A DNA stretch of 64,000 bases from Octopus vulgaris (taxonomy: Eukaryota). Location of the stretch: positions 209,560,001 through 209,624,000 of the forward strand of contig OX597814.1 of assembly GCA_951406725.2 (NCBI GenBank), given 5' to 3'. The translations under genes and the position numbers were made by a program. The notes beneath the pieces are model-generated. The model had not been told where the DNA came from. It made no database searches and was given only the letters and a program-made list of their open reading frames with translations. This document shows positions 26,260-40,264 of this stretch, one piece after another (position 1 is the stretch's first letter; every line of letters begins with the position of its first letter).

Positions 26260-26650
26260 CCATGTTGATTCGTTAGCTACTGCACGCATTTTTTCTCTCC
26301 TTCTTTCTGTGTTTTTTCTCTCTGTGTATCTTTCTGTTGAAGAGCGTAGGCTCGAAACGTTAAAGACTTGTTTTATTTATATTTCCTGAGCGCCATACTA
26401 ATACAATTGTTCGTTTGTTTTCCACCTGCCTTCGTCTTTTGTTTATTTTCATAAAGCTTCCCGTTATATATATATACATATATACGACAGGCTTCTTTCA
26501 GTTTCCGTCTACCAAATCCACTCAGAAGGCATTGGTCGGCCCGGGACTATAGCAGAAGACACTTGCCCAAGATGCCACGCAGTGGGACTGAACCCGCAAC
26601 CATGTGGTTGGTTAGCAAGCTACTTACCACACAGCCACTCCTGCGCCTAT
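25995..26650 (-). mobile_element. SINE family A, full length, with an HHR element nested in its (TA)n
   Basis: Near-identical to the family; insert at 26258-26465. Confidence 0.95.
26258..26465 (+). mobile_element. About 210-bp TA-inserted element with a minimal HHR (26329-26366)
   Basis: tcttt-CTGTTGA-a-GAGC-gtag-GCTC-GAAACGTT-aaaga; same layout and TTTCCTGAGCG motif as 51935-52150 and 52972-53176. Confidence 0.75.
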
Positions 26651-26847
26651 AATTTTGTTTAAAATTATAAAATTGTTAGCTGTTGCTTTACAGCCACTTA
26701 TAAATTTAAAATTTATTTTGAAACAAATGTTTACACAAACAATTTTATTTTAAAATTAAACACAATACTTCAAGAAAGTAACAAGGAGGCTTGCTCCATT
26801 ATTTTTTCTCCATCTCCACATTTCCACATATTCTATAGTCACTATTG

Positions 26848-27234
26848 TGGAGGCACAATGGCCCAGTGGTTAGGGCAGCGGACTCGCGGTCATAGGATCG
26901 CGGTTTCGATTCCCAGACCGGGCGTTGTGAGTGTTTATTGAGTGAAAACACCTAAAGCTCCACGAGGCCTCGGTGGGGGTTGGTGGTGATCCCTGCTGTA
27001 CTCTTTCACCACAACTTTCTATCACTCTTACTTCCTGTTTCTGTTGTACCTGTATTTCAAAGGGCCGGCCTTGTCACTCTCTGTGTCACGCTGAATATCC
27101 TCGAGAACTACGTTAAGGGTACACGTGTCAGTGGAGTGCTCAGCCACTTACACGTTAATTTTACGAGCAGGCTGTTCCGTTGATTCGGATCAACGGGAAC
27201 CCTCGTCGTCGTAACCGACGGAGTGCTTCCATCC
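26848..27234 (+). mobile_element. tRNA-derived SINE family C with 11-bp TSD
   Basis: A box TGGCCCAGTGG, B box GTTTCGATTCC, (TCCA) tail; TSD ATAGTCACTAT at 26835-26845 and 27235-27245. Confidence 0.95.
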
Positions 27235-27659
27235 ATAGTCACTATATTTTACTTCCTTATACACATTTGGCAGTTTCTAAAGAGGAAGATTTTGTCCTTT
27301 GCTGCAAAAAATCCGTCAGTCCCTGCTTCGAGTTCTGCAGTTCTCAGCTAGTATTGGGATTTTTCCTTGTGAGAGACCACTGAGTGCAACATCTAGCATC
27401 GGGCAAGTACGGAGTTCTCTTACTATCGTTTATAGAGGCATTCTGTAGAAGTATATTGAGTTCTTCATAACCAGCTGATCTAGCAAGCGGGGCCTCATAT
27501 CAGTGAGGTGAGCCGGTGCGCATTGATGCCGTTGAGAGGTAGGACCCGAAACGGCGCGCATTCTCTCCTGATGAACCCATACACTTGCTAGCTTCCGCTA
27601 TACGGAGGTTTTAACTGGTAGCACTTGCATGTGCAAGTTGTTTGCAAGACATGTTTAAA

Positions 27660-30600
27660 GGTTTCCTTTATTTCTCCGTTTTATTCATAGCTTTTGCATC
27701 CTCTACTTTCCTTGAAAAAAAAGAAAATAAGACGCTTTTTTGTGTTTCCTTCATTCTTTCTAGATATTTATATGAATCTTTCATGATCCCTCACTAAATG
27801 CTTTTGTCGTTTTGCAGTAGATATTATGTAGCAGTTTTCTTGTTGTATAAGGCTTTATTGACTTGCATCTGAGAATTTTAATTTTTGAGTGTCAGATTTT
27901 GTTTTGTCATTATTTTTCTTGTTTTCCTGTCAAGCTTAATTAGTTCGTTTAGCCTCCAATTGAGAATATTATTAAAACTGTAACTTATTACTGGAACAAC
28001 TAAATATTGATGGGCATTACCTTATTATTTTTTGCCTTTGGCTCACTTTTATGTATTAATCTAACACGTTTGTAATATTCCTTGCTAATATTGTTCTTTC
28101 CTTTGTGTGAGTAGTACACTGTCTAATTTATCGATTCTGAAGTGTTTGTGTGTCTGTTTTGGGTCTAATTCTCTTATGTCAGGTTCATTAGTATGATGTT
28201 ATGTTTAAGTTTTATTTCTTCAGGCACACTTCGGTGGATCTCATTTTTGTCTTTGGTAAATTTGTGCACTGTCTGGTGTAGTGTCTCTAATTGATTATTA
28301 TTTTCATATTATAAGCTAAGATCATCCCTATGCAAAAGACAGTTAACGCTAGACGAAAATGTAGCGAGGGGAAGCTCTCTTGGAATATTTCTCATCTAAT
28401 GGATATACGTTTAGTTTATACAATTCCTTCTTTTGTCCATAACTAGTTGACATTTAGTGATGACAATTTCATATAACTTCTTATTATTGATGTTACCTTA
28501 TTCATGACTAATAATATCTATATCTGAGGAATGCTATCAAAAGCCTTCCGGTAGTCAATTCATACCATGCTGAGATCCTTTTTCCTTCGACAGTCTTCCG
28601 TTATAGCTTTGCTGATCAGTAATTGATCTTTACTGCTATATAAGTTTCTGATGTTCTGGAAATAAAGCTGATTTGTTCTAAATGCTTGTTCATTCTCTAC
28701 GATATTATTTAAGTTACAGCTTTGCAGTGATATAGCTTATAAGTCTGTAGTTTTGAGAATTTGCAGTTCCAGTAGATCTGTGAATTATGATGACTTTCTC
28801 TTCTGTGAAGCCTTTTGTAAGTCTCTGGGTCCGTCAGCATTTCATCCAACGTCTTTGTTAGAGAACTGTATGTTCCTTTTTAATATTCTGAAAAGAAAGT
28901 GAGATCATGTGATGTCCTAATTCCCTTCAGCATGTCGTTTTTGCATTAAGAGGGTTAATTCTGCTGTTGTGGATGTTCATATGGTTCCGATGTAATGTTA
29001 TCATGTGTGATTCCTTTGCTGCCCACACACTTCCACCAGATTTTCTTTTTGTTGATATTGCGATGAATTCTATTTCATTATTATCTAGTTCTTGATAGAT
29101 TCGTTTTGGGGTGAGTCAAAATGTTTAATTTGTTCAAATTACCGTCAGTATTTTTCATACCAGCGCATTCTTTAGCTAGGATTTCATGTTCTCTGATTTT
29201 AGCTGCAATTATTTTTGCTATATATCTGCAGTATTTGCCTCTCTCTTTTTCCTATTTTTAATTGTGGTGTTTCGTGATTGATTTCCTTTATGGCTGAGAG
29301 AGATTCTTTCGTTGTTTTCTGAATAATAATTTCCCACGTCTTTTGCTTGGGTTCCTTGCTCCTGTATGAGTGATATTGAGAAAATGTCTACTGTACACTG
29401 TAATCATCATAAATGCTGTATATAACGTTTCATGAGACCCAGGAGTATTGATATTTGTAACTGTTTTAATTTAAGCAAAGTTTGTTTTATTGCTGTCATT
29501 GCTGTTTCATTCTCGGGTCTGATTCCATTCCCCACCACGCTCTCCATTGATGCTATTAATTCTTTAATTGTACTGGTTTAAAGAATTCGAGTCATGCTTT
29601 CCACCTCTAAAAAGACTTATTTTAAAATATTCCCATATCGCCTTTTTATTTATGATTTATTTGCGTATATCAGCTTTGTGTTAACATTTTGCAGTGCTAG
29701 CGTTAGAGTTTATCGTGCTTTCTTAATTATATTGCTAATTATTTGTGTTAAAAGTATTAGTTCTATTTTAGTGGTGTACATTCTCAGTGCTTCTCTCCTT
29801 ATTAGATGTTTAGAGATATTTACTTGACTTTTCAATTTCTGGAACACTTTTCATTTTCGAGATACATCTTCTTAGCTTAGATTGTTGGGGTTCAGCATTA
29901 CATCTAAATCTAGGTTACTATCCCTCCAAATATATACGAATTTAATGCAATTTCGTTTTGTGTGTAGAATATCGTCTTAGAATATGTATGAGATATATCT
30001 TCTTAGCTTAAATTGTTGGGGTTCAACATTACATCTAAATCTAGGTTACTATCCCTCCAAATATATACGAATTTAATGTAATTTCGTTTTGTGTGTAGAA
30101 TATCGTCTTAGAATATGTATGAGATATATCTTCTTAGCTTAGATTGTTGGGGTTCAACATTACATCTAAATCTAGGTTACTATCCCTCCAAATATATACG
30201 AATTTAATGTAATTTCGTTTTGTGTGTAGAATATCGTTTTAGAATATGTATGAGATATATCTTCTTAGCTTAGATTGTTGGGGTTCAGCATTACATCTAA
30301 ATCTAGGTTACTATCCCTCCAAATATATACGAATTTAATGCAATTTCGTTTTGTGTGTAGAATATCGTCTTAGAATATGTATGAGATATATCTTCTTAGC
30401 TTAGATTGTTGGGGTTCAACATTACATCTAAATCTAGGTTACTATCCCTCCAAATATATACGAATTTAATGTAATTTCGTTTTGTGTGTAGAATATCGTC
30501 TTAGAATATGTATGAGATATATCTTCTTAGCTTAGATTGTTGGGGTTCAGCATTACATCTAAATCTAGGTTACTATCCCTCCAAATATATACGAATTTAA

Positions 30601-32160
30601 TGCAATTTCGTTTTGTGTGTAGAATATCGTCTTAGAATATGTATGAGATATATCTTCTTAGCTTAGATTGTTGGGGTTCAACATTACATCTAAATCTAGG
30701 TTACTATCCCTCCAAATATATACGAATTTAATGTAATTTCGTTTTGTGTGTAGAATATCGTCTTAGAATATGTATGAGATATATCTTCTTAGCTTAGATT
30801 GTTGGGGTTCAACATTACATCTAAATCTAGGTTACTATCCCTCCAAATATATACGAATTTAATGTAATTTCGTTTTGTGTGTAGAATATCGTCTTAGAAT
30901 ATGTATGAGATATATCTTCTTAGCTTAGATTGTTGGGGTTCAACATTACATCTAAATCTAGGTTACTATCCCTCCAAATATATACGAATTTAATGTAATT
31001 TCGTTTTGTGTGTAGAATATCGTCTTAGAATATGTATGAGATATATCTTCTTAGCTTAGATTGTTGGGGTTCAACATTACATCTAAATCTAGGTTACTAT
31101 CCCTCCAAATATATACGAATTTAATGCAATTTCGTTTTGTTTGTAGAATATCGTCTTAGAATATGTATGAGATATATCTTCTTAGCTTAGATTGTTGGGG
31201 TTCAACATTACATCTAAATCTAGGTTACTATCCCTCCAAATATATACGAATTTAATGTAATTTCGTTTTGTGTGTAGAATATCGTCTTAGAATATGTATG
31301 AGATATATCTTCTTAGCTTAGATTGTTGGGGTTCAACATTACATCTAAATCTAGGTTACTATCCCTCCAAATATATACGAATTTAATGTAATTTCGTTTT
31401 GTGTGTAGAATATCGTCTTAGAATATGTATGAGATATATCTTCTTAGCTTAGATTGTTGGGGTTCAACATTACATCTAAATCTAGGTTACTATCCCTCCA
31501 AATATATACGAATTTAATGTAATTTCGTTTTGTGTGTAGAATATCGTCTTAGAATATGTATGAGATATATCTTCTTAGCTTAGATTGTTGGGGTTCAACA
31601 TTACATCTAAATCTAGGTTACTATCCCTCCGAATATATACGAATTTAATGTAATTTCGTTTTGTGTGTAGAATATCGCCTTAGAATATGTATGAGAAAGA
31701 GAAACAGTCATTACACGTTCATTTGCATTTTTTTTGGTGTTATTTGCATGTCTGTAGGAGCCACCGTTTTAGTTAACTATTGACCATTTTCGTCATATAT
31801 AGGTTTATTTGTCTCTGCTGATGTTAACACCTGTGAGATTTTCTACATTTTGTGAAGGGCGTACTCAAAATACGCGTCGTTTCACAATAAAAACAAATGA
31901 TGCTATTTTTTATTTTAATCCTTTTGGCATATTTTTTTGATTTGATGTTCTGGTGTTGGTATGGACTGTGTTGGACGGCCGTGTTCACACGTGATGTGAG
32001 AATGCTGAATATTATAAACATCTGGTATGTGATAAATATCAATAAATTTTATTGGGCATTGCTTGCGTAGTTGTCTTTCAGCATTTTCTAAGTGTTTGTC
32101 ATTCGATCTTGTTCGATATATTTCGGAGACAATGATGCAGCGCTCACGATAATAGACGTC
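27660..32160 (-). mobile_element. Decayed R4/Dong-type LINE (N-terminus through RT, 3' end missing), interrupted by a satellite
   Basis: Minus-strand relics IDYRKAFDSIP (about 28550), EIFQE (GIFQGD), KEYYKRVRLIHKSE, VPVISYSF, and N-terminal YIWRDSNLDLDVMLNPNNL; the 5' boundary near 32160 is approximate. Confidence 0.8.
29859..31696. repeat. Tandem array of 14 x 131-bp units
   Basis: Unit starts at 29859, 29990, 30121 ... 31562 and the last unit ends at 31692 (1834 bp = 14 x 131); units nearly identical. Confidence 0.98.
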
Positions 32161-32550
32161 TTCTTCTTCTTCTTCTTCTTCTTCTTCTTCTTCTTCTTCT
32201 TCTTCTTCTTCTTCTTCTTCTTCTTCTTCTTCTTCTTCTTCTTCTTCTTCTTCTTCTTCTTCTCCTCCTTCTTCTTCTCCTCCTCCTCCTCCTCCTTCTT
32301 CTTCTTCTTCTTCACCTTCTCCTCCTCCTCTTCCTCCTCCTTCTTCTTCTTCTTCTTCTTCTTCTTCTTCTCCCTCTTCTTCTTCTTCTTCTTCTTCTTC
32401 TTCGCCTCCTCCTCCTCCTCCTTCTTCTTCTCCTTCTCTTTCTCCTTCTTCTTCTTTTTCTTCTTCTTCTTCTTCTTCTTCTTCTTCTTCTTCTTCTCCT
32501 CCTCCTCCTCCTCCTCCTCCTTCTTCTTCTTCTTCGTCATCATCATCATC
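32160..32550. repeat. (TTC)n/(TCC)n compound trinucleotide repeat
   Basis: Direct inspection. Confidence 0.95.
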
Positions 32551-32607
32551 GTAGTTTTCACTTCTGCCGCCAACCTCTGGTGCCATGTTAATAATAATAA
32601 TAATAAT

Positions 32608-32744
32608 GCCTATTAGGGAAAGTAAGAGTTCTAAGCACTTGAAAGACTGCCGAAAACATGTGGATACTTAAGGTTACAGGCCGTAACCCGTTTCCCACAT
32701 AAATACTGTCAAGAATAAGACCAAAACTGAGCATTGTTTGTATC

Positions 32745-32746
<2 letters not shown>
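32608..32746 (+). mobile_element. Extreme 3' end of a Dong/R4-type LINE inserted in (TAA)n
   Basis: LLGKVRVLS resembles the terminal ALFGTARILR of the element at 38130; (TAA)n on both sides. Confidence 0.6.
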
Positions 32747-33411
<665 letters not shown>

Positions 33412-33412
<1 letters not shown>

Positions 33413-33450
33413 AAGAGCACTCAGAGAGCGCTCTTCTTCTTCTTCTTCTT

Positions 33451-33516
<66 letters not shown>

Positions 33517-34386
33517 GTTATTATTAGGCAACACCAAAGACCGCACAGCGATGATTTTTAATATGAGAATATCTGAAATAAACTCGACTGCTGTCACAAA
33601 CGACAATACTAAAAATTAACCCGACCGCCCTCAAAAATTAAGTAAAAAAAACGGAAGAATAATCTAAAATCCTTGACCGATATCTGATCGATCCCAATGG
33701 TAGTCATGGAATATATAGTTTATCTTTATCTAATACAAGCCAAAGTCAACAAATTCACAATTTAAAATAGTTTCACAGGCGGAGCTAATAATAAGTTCAA
33801 CTCAGAAATTTTTAAGTAAATAGCATGAGACTTTTTGGTTTTCTCTTCTCCTAAATTCCGGCCTTCCTTTAGTATTCCGGTTGTTTTAGATCGATGTATA
33901 CATGTATGTATATATGTAAGTATACTGTAAAGTGTTAGTATGTATGTATAATACATTATATATATATATATATTATAAAATATCTTAGTATTATTTAATT
34001 TGTGAACGGTGTTGCTGCCGTTTGTCTATGTAGTTTGATTTCTTTATCCATCAGTTTTTACTAAGAAAGAGACGCGAGATAAAATAATAATAGCGAAGCG
34101 AAAATAAAACTTTGGAAACAGCCTAAAGGGAGATAATTGAGAAAGACTTGAACGTCTATGTAAAATCCTAATCATGTAAAGTAAATATAACAAATAATCC
34201 CGAATCTTTGTCTGGTACCGGATTGATCCCAAAATATAATCAGTTCGTGCTAGTCTAGAGGCCAAACATCACTGAAAGTTTCATCCAAATCCATCCGGCA
34301 TTTCTTGAGATATCTTGTCCACGAACAAACAAAGAAACAAGCAAACACGACTGAAAACAATACCTTCGCCTCAGCGAAGGCGGAGG

Positions 34387-34389
<3 letters not shown>
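33412..34389 (-). mobile_element. Helentron-associated non-autonomous element (HINE/DINE-like), disrupted
   Basis: Minus 5' TTACCTCCGCCTTCGCTGAGGCGAAGG subterminal inverted repeat, GTTT-like tract, GGATGGATTTGGATGAAACTT core, 3' stem-loop GCGCTCTCTGAGTGCTCTT; T-rich flanks. Confidence 0.65.
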
Positions 34390-34978
<589 letters not shown>

Positions 34979-35476
34979 ACACCAGGGACGTTTAACATAT
35001 GAGAGCAATAAAACCCTGCTCCGAAATCTATCCCAAAATATTGAGAATAAAGACAACAAATGGAGCCTAAAATAAGTGAGAAAGTGTTGAAATATATCCG
35101 TGTAAGTAATACTCATTATAATTTACTTCTATTTTCCGAATGAAACGATGCATTTTAAGTGTGTGTCATCTCTGTCACTTACACAGCACTTGTAAACACG
35201 CTCGCCAATGTGACAAAGCGTTGAACTACAACGGAGTAAGTAATACTCATTAAAAGTGTTGGACTATATCCGTGTAAGTAAATATTAGATAATATCCGAT
35301 TAAGTACATATCGCAAACACATAAGTACGTAAACTAATTAATTAAGTATACCCCCTAGTTTTACATGAAACAAGCGCACACACGGACACATAAGCGAATC
35401 GAATAAAATCAAAACGACAAAAACGACTCATTATTGATCACAAAAGCATTAAACAGATGTATATATATATATATAA

Positions 35477-35564
<88 letters not shown>

Positions 35565-35569
<5 letters not shown>

Positions 35570-35984
35570 TATATGAGAGAATTAGATACTAATTTAATAG
35601 TATATTTATTCCACACCAAGTGGCCTAGTAGAAACCTGGATTATTATAATATTTTATAACATATTATAAATTTTACAAAATAAATATAGTGGTCACTATA
35701 TTATCACTCTAGCACCAGTTAATCAAAAGGTTTCAACCACGAAAATACATGCTTCCCATGAAAGCCAGTACGACTGTTAGCTCACACGGACAGGGCAAAT
35801 AAAAATAACAAAAATACAGATTATTTTGGGACAATTGTTTCGCTATTAATGAATTAAATGTAATATTTAATACTGTGAGCTAACAGTCGTACTGGCTTTC
35901 ATGGGAAGCATGTATTTTCGTGGTTGAAAGAGATTAACTGGTGCTAGAGTGATCAATATAGTGACCACTCTCTTATATTTATTA

Positions 35985-35985
<1 letters not shown>
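35565..35985. mobile_element. TA-flanked fold-back (arms 35688-35786 / 35874-35969) with HHR stem III and cleavage motif
   Basis: Near-perfect inverted arms; minus-strand GAAAC-AATT-GTC at 35830-35841. Confidence 0.7.
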
Positions 35986-36021
<36 letters not shown>

Positions 36022-36048
36022 CTATATATATATATATACATATATGTA

Positions 36049-36113
<65 letters not shown>

Positions 36114-36159
36114 CATACACCCCCGGCATTAAACAAATATATATTCATTTATGTGAAAA

Positions 36160-38266
36160 TTATTGACTGGAATAGTCGCAGAGTCAATGTACGGACATAA
36201 GCGTTGCAAGCGTAAGTGCAGAGGTACCAAGCATCCTGGCAGACAAAACTGTATTTAGAGACAGCAAGAGAAGGAAAACTAACTCAGCCATGCCATTGTC
36301 GTAAGGCACACGATATGATCCCAAATTTTTGGACTATGGAATTTACGAACCTATCTGGTATTGCATCGAATGTTGAGTGATTGCTTGGAAAAGTATGGCG
36401 AAGTGGAGGAGGGAACTGACAGCATATGGAAGAAATGTAGAGACAAATAGAAATAGGGAGAGGTATCTTCCAAGGGGCCTGCCTGTCCCCACTGATCTTT
36501 GTACTGTGCATAAAACCGCTAATATTGATTCTGAGGAGAGTAAAGCCTGGGTGTATATTCAAAAGCCGCTAACAAAAGGTCAACCACTTGTTATTCATGG
36601 CTGACATCAAACTTTATGGTAAAGATGAATCCCAAGTCGGTTCCCTCGTAGATACGGTGTATACTTTCAGTGCTGATATCAGAATGGAGTTGGGCCTGAA
36701 AAAGTGTGGTGTGTTAGTCTTGAAGAGATGCAAAATCAAATGTATGGGTGGGATAGCGATACCGTCGGGGGAGGTTATGGAGCAGATAGAAGAAACGGGC
36801 TATAATTACTTGGGGATATTGGAAATAGATAAAATGATGGAGAAAGACATGACAAAAATGTAAGGTGGAGTACTTGCGTAGACTGAGACTGATACTTAAG
36901 ACGAAATGAAACGGACAGAATAAGATTGAAGCTATCAACACCTGGACGGTTTCACTACTTAGATATTGAGCAGGGGTAATCGCATGGACAGTTGACGAAG
37001 TAAATAGCTTAGACTCCGTTGTAGTTCAACGCTTTGTCACTTTGGCGAGCGTGCTTACAAGTGCTGTGTAAGTGACAGAGATGACACATACTTAAAATGC
37101 ATCGTTTCATTCGGAAAATAGAAGTAAATTATAATGAGTATTACTTACACGGATATATTTTAACACTTTCTCACTTATTTTAGGCTCCATTTGTTAGACA
37201 GAAAGACAAGGAAGTTGCTGACTAGATATTGGATACTCCACCCAAAATGTGACACAGAGAGACTGTAAGAAAAAGAGGGGGAAGAGGACTTATTGGATGC
37301 GAACACAGCATTAGAGCAGAAGAAAACAACATAGCATGGTATGTAAAAATGCCATAGAACCGCTAATATTAGAAGTAAGAACGTGATACTTGTGTAGGAT
37401 GGAAAATTGCAAAACTAAAGCACTGTACAAGCAGAAATAGAAACTCGGTGGATAAAGAAAAGAATGCATGGACAATTTCATAAGGATGTTCAAAATAAGA
37501 CAGACAGACAAAAAATGTCTATGGATAACTGAAAGTGATTTAAAACCAGAAATGGAGGCTATAATCTGTGCTGCCGAAGAGCAAGCATTAAGAACCAATT
37601 GTATCAAACACAGAATAGAGAACATATCAGTAAGTGATAAGTGCATAATTTGTGGATAAAATTGTGAAACCGTGTGGCATGTTACCAGTTAATGTACGCC
37701 ACTAGCTCAGAAAGACTATAAGAGACGTCATGACAACATAGCAAGGATTGCCCATTGAACGCTTTGACAGAGCAAAGAAATGGTACGAACATAAGCCCGA
37801 AAGCATCATCGAAAATGATAATGCAAAGTTCCTATGGGATTTTATGATCCAGTGCGATCATGAGATTGAGAATAGGAAACCAGACATAGTATTAATTGAG
37901 AAAGAAAGCAAACGATGCTGGATCATAGATATAGCATGCCCGGCTGACAACAAGGTATGGGATAAAGAAGAAAGAAAAGTCGATAGAAGTTAAGCAGTAG
38001 TGGTCCCTGGAAAAGGCGGTAATAGTACCAATAATTGTCGGAGCCCTGGGAGCAGTGAGTAAAAATCATGAGAAGTACATGGAACAAATTTGGGCTGCAA
38101 TAAGGGTGGAGCACTTGCAGAAAACAGCACTGTTTGGAACCGCTCGAATACTCCGGATGGTGCTCGAAAAATAATGGGTGTTAATGGGTGTTAATGGGTG
38201 TTCACTGGTAGTGAACAGCTGATACCGTAATGTATTTCCAGCGTTAGAAGCTGTGCAAAGACAATA
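36160..38266 (+). mobile_element. 5'-truncated, decayed R4/Dong-clade non-LTR retrotransposon (RT + CCHC + RLE) with (TAA)n tail
   Basis: RKAHDMIP, GIFQGACLSPLIF, NHLLFMADIKLY, YNYLGILE, CIICG..ETVWHV...C..LAQKDYKRRHD, RKPDIVLIEKESKRCWIIDIACP, LQKTALFGTARILR; multiple stops and frameshifts. Confidence 0.95.
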
Positions 38267-38301
38267 TAATAATAATAATGATAATAATAATAATAATAAT
38301 G

Positions 38302-38368
<67 letters not shown>

Positions 38369-38531
38369 CAATAACAATAGCAATAATGATGATGATGATG
38401 ATCATCATCATCATCACCATCATCATTGTCAACATCATCATCATCATCATCATCATTATCATCATCATCATCATCCTCATCATCATAGTAATCATCATCA
38501 TCATCATCATTATCATCATCATCATCATCAT
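38267..38531. repeat. (TAA)n followed by (TGA)n/(TCA)n
   Basis: Direct inspection. Confidence 0.95.
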
Positions 38532-38910
38532 TTTTAATAGTATTAATACGTTTAATATATGACTTATTAACCAACTTTTCGGTTTTGACGTCTTCTTTGA
38601 ACGCTGCGAACCTATTTGGCTGAACTTACATTTCGAATGAATCACACACGCACACATTATTAGCTGCAAAACGACATTGATTCGAGGGCCAAAGTTTCGT
38701 ACCAAAATACTTATGAAAGTTTTATAAGTTGGATAAGTGCATTGGAACCGAACTCTAAGCCCTCGAGTTACTGTAGCTCCTCAGCTAATACAGCAATGCG
38801 AATACTTTGCTTTATGTATTGAGTTCTATTCCTACTCTTTCTGTAAAAATTAAACTTATGTGGATACATAAACATATAGATTTATGTAGACATACGTACA
38901 TGCACAGATC

Positions 38911-39051
<141 letters not shown>

Positions 39052-39102
39052 GTACATATATATATGTATATACATATGTATATATATGTATATATATATA
39101 TG

Positions 39103-39154
<52 letters not shown>

Positions 39155-39978
39155 GCACGTAAGAGAGAGGTAGAAGGAGAACGAGTCAGAATAAAAGTTA
39201 AAAAGAATGATAGAAAAGGAAAGAGGCGAGGAGGACAGGCTACGAAGGAGTGAAGGGGGAGATAAGAACGCAAGGAAAAGATGGTGGAGAGAAAACAAGG
39301 AACGAAAGATAGGAAGGCGAAACAAAATTCAGAACAATAAGATAGGAGTACAGTTCAGATCTATGTTCTAGACTTGAAGCAGGAAATAAAAGGTAGGAAT
39401 GTTTAGTGTAAGATTATCCACAAGGGCCAACATATATTCTTTCTATGAAGATAACACAAAAGATAATGCACGAGTAAATGTACGATTGCTTCAAGGAATT
39501 CTTTCGATTGATACACCGAGTAATACCGCCAGCTATTTCTTTTATTCCTGCGTTGAGTGGCAAAGTCCATTGGAGAGAAAGAAGAAAGAGGAGAAAGAAG
39601 AAAAAGAAGCTGCAGAAATAAGATGATGGAGAAAAAAAAAAGAAAATAATAAAGAGAGAAGGAAATAAAGACGGGGGGGGGGGGAGGAAGATGTAGGGTG
39701 AGGTAGAATAAGATATAGAATATCAATATCTCAAGAACCGAAGATAAGATGGAATGACAAATAAAATGGAACAAAAAATAAAAAGCGAAGCAGGCGCAGA
39801 AGAATGGTGGCAAAAGGTTACACATACACACGCGCACACACGTAACCATTAACAAACACATGTATGTGCATTAACGTACATATATATATATATATCTATA
39901 TACATGTACATATACATAAATTTATGTGTATATATATATACATATATACATATATATATTTATGTATATGTATATGAC

Positions 39979-40012
<34 letters not shown>

Positions 40013-40196
40013 GATAGATAGATATAGATATAACGTGCCATACATAGACACACATAATTATACGTCTGTATGTACATGCTCATAGAATATAGATACAGAA
40101 GCACACATACGTTTGTGAAGTGTGAAAGATTTATAGGACATCATATATACCTCTGCGTGTGTGTGCGTGTATATATATATATTGTACATGCATATT

Positions 40197-40264
<68 letters not shown>

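Noticed and set aside
27547-27580. GAAAC...CTGATGA as a type II hammerhead
   Set aside because: The strands flanking the two core motifs (GGACCC / ACCC) are not complementary, so stem II cannot form.
29859-31696. Regular array as a possible CRISPR
   Set aside because: Units are wholly repeated with no unique spacers, there are no cas genes, and the context is eukaryotic.
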